Source of the DNA: the human T2T-CHM13v2.0 reference genome, Homo sapiens
Direction: 5' to 3' (one strand)
Assembly (NCBI RefSeq): GCF_009914755.1
Contig: NC_060944.1
DNA: 64,000 bases
The position numbers and the translations under genes were made by a program. Below the pieces are notes generated by a model. The model searched no databases. It had not been told where the DNA came from and saw only the letters and a program-made list of their open reading frames with translations. Of this stretch, positions 30,106 to 46,509 are shown one piece after another. Each line of letters starts with the position of its first letter. Within the stretch, counting starts at the first letter, position 1.

Positions 30106-30404
30106 TTTTTTTTTTTTTTGACCCAAGGTCTTGCTTTGTCACCTAGGATGTAGTGCACTGGCGTGATCACAGCTCACTGAAGTGTGGAGCTCCTAGGCTC
30201 AAGCAATCCTCCCACCCTAGCTTCCCAAGTAGCTGGGACTACAGGTGCAAGCCACTATCTCCAGCTAATTTTTCTATTTTTTGTAGACATGGGGCCTCAC
30301 TATGTTCCCCACGCTGGTCACAAACTCCTGGCCTCAAGCAATCCTCAATCCTCCTGCCTTAGCCTCCCAAAGTGCTGGCATTACAGACATAAGCCACCAT
30401 GGCC
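30106..30404 (-). mobile_element. AluJ, full length
   Basis: PolyT plus 'gatcacagctcactg...ggctcaagcaatcctccc'. Confidence 0.9.
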
Positions 30405-30551
30405 ATGACCTTTTAAAGCTGTTTTATAATGAAATTTTTAAACATCTTCTCCACACTATTAAAAGCTGATTTTTGTTTACCTTTTATGGGAAAGAGTTTT
30501 GCTAACATCTTAGTGAAAAACAGTTGAGAGTTTGTAATAAAACTATTAATA

Positions 30552-30670
30552 GTCATTCATTTATTCAATCAATACATATTTATGCAATACCTACTAGGTT
30601 CTAGAATAATGGCTGGTACATTACATATATTGATATAACGAGGAACAAATCCAATCCCTAACCTCAATCT
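30552..30670 (-). mobile_element. L2 3' end fragment
   Basis: 'tcattcatttattcaatcaatacatatttatgcaatacctact'. Confidence 0.55.
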
Positions 30671-32786
30671 ATGTAATTTGCAAGTCTCTACAGACAAATA
30701 GATTACGGATAGACAGATAAATAGATATTAAACATATATGTATGTATAATAAGCCACAAGTACACATATACTTTTAGAATTGAACAAATGTGTATTATCT
30801 CCTTACTTAAAGAGAACTAGGTATAGAATATTCATTAATGTATAAGCATTCTAATTAATTGTTACAGGTTGAAATGAATGTGAGTGTATATATGCACTCA
30901 TATGAAAACTTCATACTAAATGATGTAGAACACATTGCTTACACCAACAGTACCCTTTTGTCTTCTCAACACATCCTTTTTATCCTTTAATAAAGTCCAT
31001 GGTTTTCAAAAAATAGACATTATTAAGGGAATGAGCTGAATTTCAGGCATCTACAGTTGGTTTATCATCAACTTACATTTTGTAAGTGTTCAACATCAAC
31101 ACTTACAAAAGAAATTTTACATTTGGCTGTACCATACTGTAAAAATAAAAAGCAACAATAATCACATCAACAAGACTATGTTTGTTAAATATTTCCATAA
31201 CTTCTGCCTGTTGATGGCTTCCGGCTTTCCTACAATGGGTAGCATTTCAGATTCTGACTGATAAGCAAAGAGCTAAAGTGATTGCTAAAAACTCTAGAGA
31301 ATTTTAGGTTAAAAAAGTCGTAGGTGTTTCATTTAGACACCTATGTCTGTTGATTTACTTTTGGTTTGTTTGTATGGCTCTCACAAATTTCTGGAAAAAG
31401 AAAAATGATCAGAGAGAAGGTTTGAAAGAGTGAGAAAAGCAAAGTGGAAAAAAATAACAACATGATCAGAGATTGTAACTAAGTCTAAATTTGGAAACTT
31501 ATTTCAGGTTATTTTTATTTTTACTCATCACAGTCAATAATACTGTTGATATTCAAATAGCCATCAAAGCTTTAGCTAAGACATGTTAGAATAAGGGCTC
31601 ATCTCTGAGGAAATTCATTGAATCTCTCTTCATTGAAAGGGGATGGGCATTTTAACTTTAGGCTTTAATCAAAAATTAAGAATGTATCTCCTGACTTAGA
31701 TACAACTATAAAAAACACATTAAAATCTAATTACTTTAATAAAAAGATGCCAGCCTTGAAATACTTCTTAAAATTAAAGGTCTGTTATATTTACATTGAG
31801 AAGGACAATTTATTTCCTAAGATGCATATAGGCACATACAAATAAACTCCTTCTTTTCTCATTCCTATGAACTTGAATTGTCTTAAAGTTTTGCCAATGA
31901 CAGTGTATGACCTACTTTGAAAATCAATTATATACTTTTTATTCTTTCATAAGGTCTACAGTTTTTTGGCTCAATTCATGTGAAATGCAATAAACTTGTC
32001 CTTCAATCACAGAACACAGGTAAAAATACCTATAAAGCATTTTTAGATATTATTATATAAAATATCAAGTTAAAAGTAAAATAACTGTATAATAGTTTGG
32101 GGATAAACTCTTGATAAGTATTCAATAGTCTAGATATAATTTGATCTTCAAAATCTTTCTTACATACTAACTACGTAAGAAATGTAAAATCTTTGGTTGG
32201 CAAGTAGAGAAATCAACATGAGATTATTTTTTCTTCTGTTATTTTCCAGGGTTAGGGGAGAGAGAATAATGAGGGCAGAGATTTTGTTTTTATCTAAGAC
32301 ATTATTCATAAAACAACAGGCTAACATGTTGCCTGAGTAAAAGTATGTAACTTCATACTGGCCTTGTTTTTTTAACAGGGAATGAACTGGCATTTTCTCC
32401 TGTCAGCTAATGAAACAATTGGGGATCATTGGAGAATAATAAATGGACAATTAACAGCTTTATCTGGAGACAAAGATTTGCCCATCTTTGAATGATGAGT
32501 TGGCAATTCTGTGTTTTGGGAGCTTGTTTTGAATGTTCAGAGGGGGAACAATGGAGAACTACAAGTTATTGCATTAAGGGTTTTGCTTATGCATTTATGT
32601 ATGTATATATTTATTTTTATAGTTGTAAACACAAATGATAAAAACATGCAAAACCCTGTTGCAGCTCAAGGTAACCACTCCCTTTCGTATCATCCCAAGA
32701 ATATTTCTAGCAAATTCTTGGTACAATGAAAAGTTTAAAATTTAAAACTAGAAAACTCTAAGGTGAAGCATAAGAATTGGACTCCA

Positions 32787-33460
<674 letters not shown>

Positions 33461-33973
33461 AAATGAATAAGTAAACATTTAATAGATGTTTGTTCTTATC
33501 ACAATAATTTTTGACATGGCAATATGTCATGACATATTGACATTTCTGAGTTAAAAGAAATCAGCTGCAGGAACACAGGTAGACTATGATGTCATACCCA
33601 TGAGTGCCCTGCATGTATTTCACATTGCTGTGTGCACATGAGCTATCTGGAAGGAAGTTCTGAAAATGAATTGCTGCTCTCATGTCATGATCATTTCACT
33701 GTATTTCACTCTTTGCTTTGTATTCTCAAGATATCATCTTAGAGAAACCATTAAGGTATATATAAAATCAGTATTGATCGGAGAGGCTTTAACATTTATT
33801 CAAATATTCATCAGATGGGGCTGGAGACAGAGATTGGGAATAAAAGATATCAGGGGTAATCTGTCTTTAGAGATCTTATTCAAAGATAAAAGATATAAGC
33901 ATGGTCTCCTTGCTCATCAGGACCACAAAGAAAATTGTATTACCATTTCTGTGCTACTGTACCACTGTCTTTT

Positions 33974-34059
33974 TAATTTTATGTTTAATTGATACGTAAT
34001 AATTGCGCATATTTCTGGGGTACAGTGTGATGTTCCGATACATATATACGATGTATTCT
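33974..34059 (-). mobile_element. Short L1MA 3' tip
   Basis: 'ttaattgatacgtaataattgcgcatatttctggggtacagtgtgatg'; TSD actgtctttt at 33964 and 34060. Confidence 0.75.
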
Positions 34060-34699
34060 ACTGTCTTTTAAACTTCCCATGTAATAAAGAGAAGTGTATT
34101 ACTCATTTCAAATAACCTCTTAGAGAACTTCTGATACTAGATATCTATAATGTTTTTAAAAGAAAAATGAAGGGGTAGCATTTTCTCTTTGGATTCTTGT
34201 CAAACTGCACCTTATCACTCACCAGCTTTTCACAAAAGGAACTCACAGTAACATGCAATGGAATGTGATGGCATAGGACAAACCCATCACCTCAGCTGGC
34301 AGTGAAACTTCAATAGTATTATCCTCACACATAAAGTCATTCATTGCCATGCATGATGAAATCCCCAGGCAGTCTCTTTCTGCTTTGAGTTTGTTTAGAA
34401 GCGTTTTTAGGATACATCCAGGAAATCTTCAGGGAAAATACTGACCAGGAAGAGCTGGCATTTCCTAGTCTGTGACCCTGAGGGAGATGGCCACCATTGG
34501 AGCTTCATATCCTTTTGCTCTGCATCAGTAATCCCTCCAGCAAAGGCTAAGTTGATGGGGTCAATCAGAGAGACAGGATCTGCCCTCTCTGACCCATATT
34601 GCGTAGCTTTTATGCACTGAGATCACACCACGGAAAACAAAAGAATACACACAACCTGGAAACAGAAGTAACTTGGCAAATGAGAGGCTTAATGGCTAG

Positions 34700-35160
34700 A
34701 GCTGTGTTATCTAATACTGCAGCTATATGGAGTTTTCTTTTCTTTTTTTTTTTTTTTTTTGAGATGGAGTCTTGCTCTGTCGCCCAGGCTGGAGTACAGT
34801 GGTGCAAGCTCCGCCTCCCGAGTTCACGCCATTCTCCTGCCTCAGCCTCCCGAGTAGCTGAGACTACAGGCGCCCACCACCATGCCTGGCTAATTTTTTG
34901 TATTTTTAGTAGAGACAGGGTTTCACCGTGCTAGCCAGGATGGTCTCGATCTCCTGACCTCGTGATCCGCCCCTCTCAGCCTCCCAAAGTGCTGGGATTA
35001 CAGGCGTGAGCACGTCCGGTATGGAGCTTTTAAATTAAAATTAAAAAGCCACTTCTTTAGTCGTAATAGCCACATTTCAAATGTGTAGGTATCTCACGTG
35101 ACTAGTAGATACCATACCGGACGGCACAAATACAGAACATTTACATCCTTGGGAGAGGAG
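34700..35160 (-). mobile_element. MER3 (hAT-Charlie) split by an AluY
   Basis: 'ctgtgttatctaatactgcagc' left of the Alu and 'tagccacatttcaa...cacgtgactagt...acagaacattt' right of it. Confidence 0.7.
34737..35019 (-). mobile_element. AluY with a ~16-nt deletion in the right arm
   Basis: 'gcaagctccgcctcc...ttcacgccattc...agccaggatggtctcgatctc'; TSD tatggagtttt/tatggagcttt. Confidence 0.9.
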
Positions 35161-35838
35161 CTGCCACATAACCTTTTGACCTTCAAAATGTTGTATTACG
35201 TGTATGTATTAATTATTCAAAATTAATTATCGTACATTTAAATTTTAAGTAGTAATGTTAATTGTTTTATATAATTTGTATTTGAAACTTCAAAAAGATT
35301 ACCCATTTTTCATCTGGGGCTACTAGGGTCACAGTCACAAGCACACACTTAAGTGGCTGAATTCAGAAATATTATAGGCTGTTCTCTCCACAGCAAGTGT
35401 AACAACTTAAAAATAATGTAAGGCACATTTTAATTATAATGATGAAATAAAAAGCGCTGGTTTTGCTTCAAAGGCTAATAATAAATTGCTTTTTTAACAT
35501 TTATTTTCACTCCCAGGTACAGGAACTGTATCACAGATGGAGAGTATAACCAGAGAAGTGTCAAATGGTATATATTGAGCATTAGATTCAAACTGTGCAC
35601 AGCAGGGCCATAGAGTGACACTCACAGGTATGTGATGCCTGGTTATCTCCCTCCCTGTTGTCTGTATGAAGCAGAAAATCAGAATATTTAGTAAGTAATG
35701 GCATTTGCAGTATTGGTCTCTTTCAGCATTAACAGGAGTCCAAAATAGCCTTGTGAAATTCTCTTTCATACTATTTGCAGGGGAGAAATGATGCATTTAT
35801 GAAGTTATTTATTTATTTATTTAAAAATATATATTGAT

Positions 35839-36191
<353 letters not shown>

Positions 36192-36815
36192 CTATCTGTG
36201 TGTGTGTGTGTATGTACCTATATAAATAATGCTTACTATGAGTGAGGCTGTATTCCAGCCCCTGGAAATATAGCAGATAAAGCCCCCATCTCACATTGCT
36301 CACTTTCTAAGCTACTAAGTTGAGTCAATGAACAAATAAAATAGAAAGCATGTCAGAGAGAGGGATGGTGTGCTGGTAAAGGCATGCTAACTTACACAAA
36401 GTGGCTGTCCTCCAAGGATGTCCATGTTGTAATTTCAGGAACCTATGAATATGTTACCCTACATGGCGAAAGGGGCTTAGGTATGAGTAAGTTAAGGTTC
36501 CCGAGATGAGAAGATTATCCTGGATTATCTGGATGGGTCCAATGTAGTCATAAGGGTCCTAATGAGGAGGCAGAAGAGATGTGGAGATGGGAGCAGATGT
36601 TGAAGAAATATCACTGCTTCTGGAAGGGGGCCACAAGCCAAGAAATGTGGGCAACCTCTAGAAGCTGGAAAAGACAAAACAAACAACTGACAACAAAAAA
36701 CCCAGTTCTCCTCTATAGTGTCCGGAAGAAACACAGATCTGCTGACACCTTGATTTTAGCCCAGGAGAAAATATGTGGGACTCTGACCTCTAGCAGCATA
36801 ACATAATAAATTTGT

Positions 36816-37719
36816 GGGAGGAGCCAAGATGGCCGAATAGGAACAGCTCCGGTCTACAGCTCCCAGCGTGAGCGACACAGAAGACGGGTGATTTCTGCAT
36901 TTCCATCTGAGGTACCGGGTTCATCTCACTAGGGAGTGCCAGACAGTGGGCGCAGGCCAGTGTGTGTGCGCACCGTGCGCGAGCCGAAGCAGGGCGAGGC
37001 ATTGCCTCACCTGGGAAGCGCAAGGGGTCAGGGAGTTCCCTTTCCGAGTCAAAGAAAGGGGTGACGGACGCACCTGGAAAATCGGGTCACTCCCACCCGA
37101 ATATTGCGCTTTTCAGACCGGCTTAAGAAACGGCGCACCACGAGACTATATCCCACACCTGGCTCAGAGGGTCCTACGCCCACGGAATCTCGCTGATTGC
37201 TAGCACAGCAGTCTGAGATCAAACTGCAAGGCGGCAACGAGGCTGGGGGAGGGGCGCCCGCCATTGCCCAGGCTTGCTTAGGTAAACAAAGAAGCCGGGA
37301 AGCTCGAACTGGGTGGAGCCCACCACAGCTCAAGGAGGCCTGCCTGCCTCTGTAGGCCCCACCTCTGGGGGCAGGGCACAGACAAACAAAAAGACAGCAG
37401 TAACCTCTGCAGACTTAAGTGTCCCTGTCTGACAGCTTTGAAGAGAGCAGTGGTTCTCCCAGCACGCAGCTGGAGATCTGAGAACGGGCAGACTGCCTCC
37501 TCAAGTGGGTCCCTGACCCCTGACACCCGAGCAGCCTAACTGGGAGGCACGCCCCAGCAGGGGCACACTGACACCTCACACGGCAGGGTATTCCAACAGA
37601 CCTGCAGCTGAGGGTCCTGTCTGTTAGAAGGAAAACTAACAACCAGAAAGGACATCTACACCGAAAACCCATCTGTACATCACCATCATCAAAGACCAAA
37701 AGTAGATAAAACCACAAAG
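36816..37719 (+). promoter_or_regulatory. L1HS 5'UTR: CpG-rich sense and antisense promoter with intact YY1 site
   Basis: caagatggcc at 36825-36834; CpG-dense; SOX-type aacaaa motifs present. Confidence 0.9.
37049..37264 (-). CDS. ORF0: L1 antisense ORF0 (71 aa)
   Basis: MAGAPPPASLPPCSLISDCCASNQRDS...CVRHPFL; ATG at 37264, open for 71 codons. Confidence 0.85.
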   Translation of the reverse strand: MAGAPPPASLPPCSLISDCCASNQRDSVGVGPSEPGVGYSLVVRRFLSRSEKRNIRVGVTRFSRCVRHPFL

Positions 37720-38736
37720 ATGGGGAAAAAACAGAACAGAAAAACTGGAAACTCTAAAACGCAGAGCGCCTCTCCTCCTCCAAAGGAACGCAGTTCCTCA
37801 CCAGCAACAGAACAAAGCTGGATGGAGAATGATTTTGACGAGCTGAGAGAAGAAGGCTTCAGACGATCAAATTACTCTGAGCTACGGGAGGACATTCAAA
37901 CCAAAGGCAAAGAAGTTGAAAACTTTGAAAAAAATTTAGAAGAATGTATAACTAGAATAACCAATACAGAGAAGTGCTTAAAGGAGCTGATGGAGCTGAA
38001 AACCAAGGCTCGAGAACTACGTGAAGAATGCAGAAGCCTCAGGAGCCGATGCAATCAACTGGAAGAAAGGGTATCAGCAATGGAAGATGAAATGAATGAA
38101 ATGAAGCGAGAAGGGAAGTTTAGAGAAAAAAGAATAAAAAGAAATGAGCAAAACCTCCAAGAAATATGGGACTATGTGAAAAGACCAAATCTACGTCTGA
38201 TTGGTGTACCTGAAAGTGATGTGGAGAATGGAACCAAGTTGGAAAACACTCTGCAGGATATTATCCAGGAGAACTTCCCCAATCTAGCAAGGCAGGCCAA
38301 CGTTCAGATTCAGGAAATACAGAGAACGCCACAAAGATACTCCTCGAGAAGAGCAACTCCAAGACACATAATTGTCAGATTCACCAAAGTTGAAATGAAG
38401 GAAAAAATGTTAAGGGCAGCCAGAGAGAAAGGTCGGGTTACCCTCAAAGGAAAGCCCATCAGACTAACAGCGGATCTCTCGGCAGAAACCCTACAAGCCA
38501 GAAGAGAGTGGGGGCCAATATTCAACATTCTTAAAGAAAAGAATTTTCAACCCAGAATTTCATATCCAGCCAAACTAAGCTTCATAAGTGAAGGAGAAAT
38601 AAAATATTTTATAGACAAGCAAATGCTGAGAGATTTTGTCACCACCAGGCCTGCCCTAAAGGAGCTCCTGAAGGAAGCGCTAAACATGGAAAGGAACAAC
38701 CGGTACCAGCCGCTGCAAAATCATGCCAAAATGTAA
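37720..38736 (+). CDS. ORF1: L1 ORF1p RNA-binding chaperone, 338 aa, intact
   Basis: MGKKQNRK...NHAKM; REKG, ARR and YPAKLS motifs intact. Confidence 0.97.
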   Translation: MGKKQNRKTGNSKTQSASPPPKERSSSPATEQSWMENDFDELREEGFRRSNYSELREDIQTKGKEVENFEKNLEECITRITNTEKCLKELMELKTKARELREECRSLRSRCNQLEERVSAMEDEMNEMKREGKFREKRIKRNEQNLQEIWDYVKRPNLRLIGVPESDVENGTKLENTLQDIIQENFPNLARQANVQIQEIQRTPQRYSSRRATPRHIIVRFTKVEMKEKMLRAAREKGRVTLKGKPIRLTADLSAETLQARREWGPIFNILKEKNFQPRISYPAKLSFISEGEIKYFIDKQMLRDFVTTRPALKELLKEALNMERNNRYQPLQNHAKM

Positions 38737-38799
38737 AGACCATCGAGACTAGGAAGAAACTGCATCAACTAATGAGCAAAATCACCAGCTAACATCATA

Positions 38800-42553
<3,754 letters not shown>

Positions 42554-43580
42554 ACAATGAGATCACATGGACACAGGAAGGGGAATATCACACTCTGGGG
42601 ACTGTGGTGGGGTCGGGGGAGGGGGGAGGGATAGCATTGGGAGATATACCTAATGCTAGATGACACATTAGTGGGTGCAGCGCACCAGCATGGCACATGT
42701 ATACATATGTAACTAACCTGCACAATGTGCACATGTACCCTAAAACTTAGAGTATAATAAAAAAAAAAAAAGAAAAAAGAAAAAAAAAAACAAAAAAAAA
42801 AAATAAATAAATAAATTTGTGGTGTTTCAGGTCACTAAGTTTGTAGCGATTTGTTACAGCAGCCAGAAGAAACTAATATGATAGTCATAGGAGGCTTCAT
42901 TGAAAAGTGGACATTTGGACAAAGATCTAAAAGGAGGGGTAGCACCCTTCCTGTGCAGAGATTGTGGTGATGTGGAGCCTTCTACACTCCATGCCTAGTC
43001 AGGTCTCCAGGCATCTGCAACAACCACTCTCCTGGATTAGGAGTTTAGGTTGCCCCGACCCCTACTCCACCCATGCAGATCACTAGGGACTGAGGAGGTT
43101 TCCCAGCTTCACAACTAGGCACATCTCACCCACTGAATTCTCCCTTGACAATGGTGCTTATGCCTGCCTCTGGGGACCTGTAGGTGGGCCTGCCAAGACT
43201 GGCCCCACCCATCCTGCTTCATAACCCCCAGTGCTGAGCAGGGAGCTCAGACTACTGTTCACTCTATGGATTGGCCCATTGTCTGAGGCAACAGAGAGAT
43301 TCTCCTGGTAAAAAATAATCAAGTATATACCCAGCCACATTGGCTGCAGCTGGCTCTTACCCATAAGCATCACCTATTGACTTATAGGTTGAACTGCACA
43401 GCCCAATAAAAAACCTGCTAAAAGAAGTACGTAGGGTTATAGAGGCAAAGTCAGAAACTCTACCCAACATTCTCTATAGTAACACCCCCTAGGGAGGGGT
43501 AGAGTCAAAGGAAAATAAATACAATAATATTATAGGGAAAGAAAAAAATCTTACTTGCATGAAAATAATTATGAAAATTA

Positions 43581-43636
43581 TGTATATATATGTAACAAAC
43601 AAAAACTTAAAGTATAATTAAAAAAAGAAAAAAAAA
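43581..43636 (+). mobile_element. Tiny L1PA 3' tip nested in the older L1 5'UTR
   Basis: 'tgtatatatatgtaacaaac|aaaaacttaaagtataat' plus A tail. Confidence 0.65.
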
Positions 43637-46127
43637 GAATTGCCACTGTCTCCAGATGAGAAAGAACCAGCATGAGAACTATGACACCATAAAAATTCTG
43701 CTTGTGGTGACACTACCAAAGGATCACACTAGCTCTCCACCAATGATCCCTGACCAAAATGTAAACTCAGAAATGGCAGATAAAGAAGTTAAGGCATGGA
43801 TTGCAAGGAAACTCAATGAGATCCAAGAGAAGGTTGAAAATCAACACAAAGAAACTTCTAAAGCTTCCTTCAATCCAGGAATTGAAGGAAGAGATAAAAA
43901 TTTTAAAAAGAAATCAATCAGAGCTTCTGGAATTTAAAAACTCATTTAAATTTCAAAATATAATTGAAAGCTTATATTTGCTTATATCTTCTATTTGACT
44001 AGATCAAATAGAAGAAAGAATTTTAGACCTTGAAGACTGGTCTTTTGAACTAACTTAGACAAGATAAAGAAAAAAGAATTAAGAAAAATGAACAAAGTAT
44101 TCAAGAAATATGGGATTATGTAAAGTGATCAAACCTACAAATTACTGGCACTCCTGAGAGAAGAAGAAAAAGTAAATAACCTGAAAAACATAGGTCAGGG
44201 AATAATTCAAGAAAATTTCCCTAATTTTGACAGAGAGGTAGACATCCAGATACAAGAAATCCAGAGAAACTATACAAAATGAACGTCCTCAAGGCATATA
44301 GTCACCAGAATGGCAGCCAGAGAAAAAGGCCAGATCATATACAAAGGGAACCAGATCAGGTTAATAGCAGACTTCTCAGCAGAAATCTTACAAGCCAGGA
44401 GAGGATTGGGAGCCTGTTTTCAGCAATCTTAAAGAAAAGAAATTCCAACCAAGTATTTCATATCCTGCCAAACTAAGCTTCATAAGTGGAGAAGAAATAA
44501 AATTTTTTCCAGAAAAGAAAGCGCTAAGGAAATTTGTTACCACTAGACCAGCTTTACAAGAGATTCTTAAGGGAGTTCTAAACATTGAAACAAAAGAATA
44601 CCTACTACCAAAAAGACACTTAAGTATATAGCCCGAAGATGTTATAAAACAACCACACGATAGAAACTACAGAATAGCTAAAAATAGAATCAAAAATCTC
44701 AATACCAAATATTAACCTCAAATATCAATATTAATATTGAATGTAAATTGTCTAAACACCCCCACTTAAAAGGCGCAGAGATGCAAACTGGATTTTTTAA
44801 AAAGGCTCATCCATCTTTTGTCTTCAAAAGACCAATCTTACATGTAACAACACCCATAGGCTCAAAATAAAGGGTTAAAAAGATCTATCATGCAAACAAA
44901 AAACTAAAAAGAGCTGGGATCACTATTCCTATATCAGATAAAAACAGACTTTAAACGAACAATAGTTAAAAAAAGGACAAAGAAGAACATTACATCATAA
45001 CAGGTTCAATCCAACAAGATGACTTAACTATTCTAAATATATATTCACTTAACAGTGCAGCACTCAGATTCATAAAACAACTACTTTAAGACCTAAAAAA
45101 GATTTATACAGCCATGCAATAATACTGAGAGACTTCAACACACCACTGACAGCATTAAACAGAGGCAGAAAACTAACAAGGAAATTCTAGACTTGAATTC
45201 AACACTTAACCAACTGGACTTAAAAGGCATCTATGGAATACTCCCCCTATCAACCACAGAATAATACACTCTCTCATCTGCACACAGAACATACTCCAAG
45301 ATTGACCACAGGCTCACCCATAAAGCAAGTCTCAATCAACTCAAAAAAATCAAAACCATACCAACCACACTCTTGGACCACAGTGGGATAAAAAGAAAAA
45401 AAATCAGTACCCCAGTCCTCTCAAAACCACACAACTACATGAAAATTAAACAACTTGCTTCTAATTAACTTTTGGATAAACAAAAAAATTAAGGCAGAAA
45501 TTTTAAAAAAATCTTTGAAATAAATGAAAACAGAGACACACCATAGCAAAGTCTCTGGGATGCAGAAAAACCAGGGGAAAAAAGGAAAGTTTACAGCACG
45601 ACATCCTTATGTGAAAAAGTTAGAAAGATCTCAAACTAACAACCTAATATTACACTTAGAGGAACTAGAAAAACAAGAACAAATAAAATCCAAGGCTAGG
45701 AGAACAAATAAAATAAGTAAAATTGGAGTGGAACTGAACGGAATTGAGACCCAAAAATCTACACAATCGATGAAAGAAAAAGTTGTTTCTTTGAAAGGAA
45801 AAACAAGATTGATAGATCACTAGCTAGATTAACAAAAAAAAAAAGAGAGAGAGAGAGAGAGAGATCCAAATAAGCACAATTAGAAATGGCAAAAATGACA
45901 TTACAACCAATCCCACAGAAATACAAAAGATCCTCAGAGACTACTATGAACACCTCTATACACTCAAACTAGAAAATCTAGAGGAAATGGATGAATTTCT
46001 GGAAACACACAACCTCCCAAGGTAAAATCAGGAATAAATTGAAACCCCAGACAGGCCAATATCAAGTTTTGAAATTGAATCATTAATAAAAACCTACCAA
46101 CCATAAAAGCCCAGACCAGATGGATTC

Positions 46128-46509
46128 TGTCTTAGTCTGTTCTTGCACTTCTATAAAGAAATACCTGAGATGGAATAATTTATAAAGAAAAGAGGTTTAA
46201 CTGGCTCATGATTCCACAGGCTGTAAGGAAGCATGACTGGGGAGGCCTCAGGAAACTTACAATCATGGTGGAAGGTGAAGGGGAAGCAGGCACTTCTTCA
46301 CATGGCCAGAGGAGGAAGAAGTGAGGCAGGAGGTGCTACACATGTTTAAACAACCAGATCTCACAATAACTCACTCACTATCACAAGAACAGAACCAAAG
46401 GGAAATCTGCCCCCATGATTCAATCACCTCCTACCAGGCCCTATCTCCAACATTGGAGATTAGAATTTGACATGAGATTTGGGCAGAGGAACAGACCCAA
46501 ACCATATCA
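46128..46509 (-). mobile_element. MSTA solo LTR inserted in L1 ORF2
   Basis: TG...CA ends; 5-bp TSD gattc/gattt; interrupts the PDGF-AEFY codons. Confidence 0.92.
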
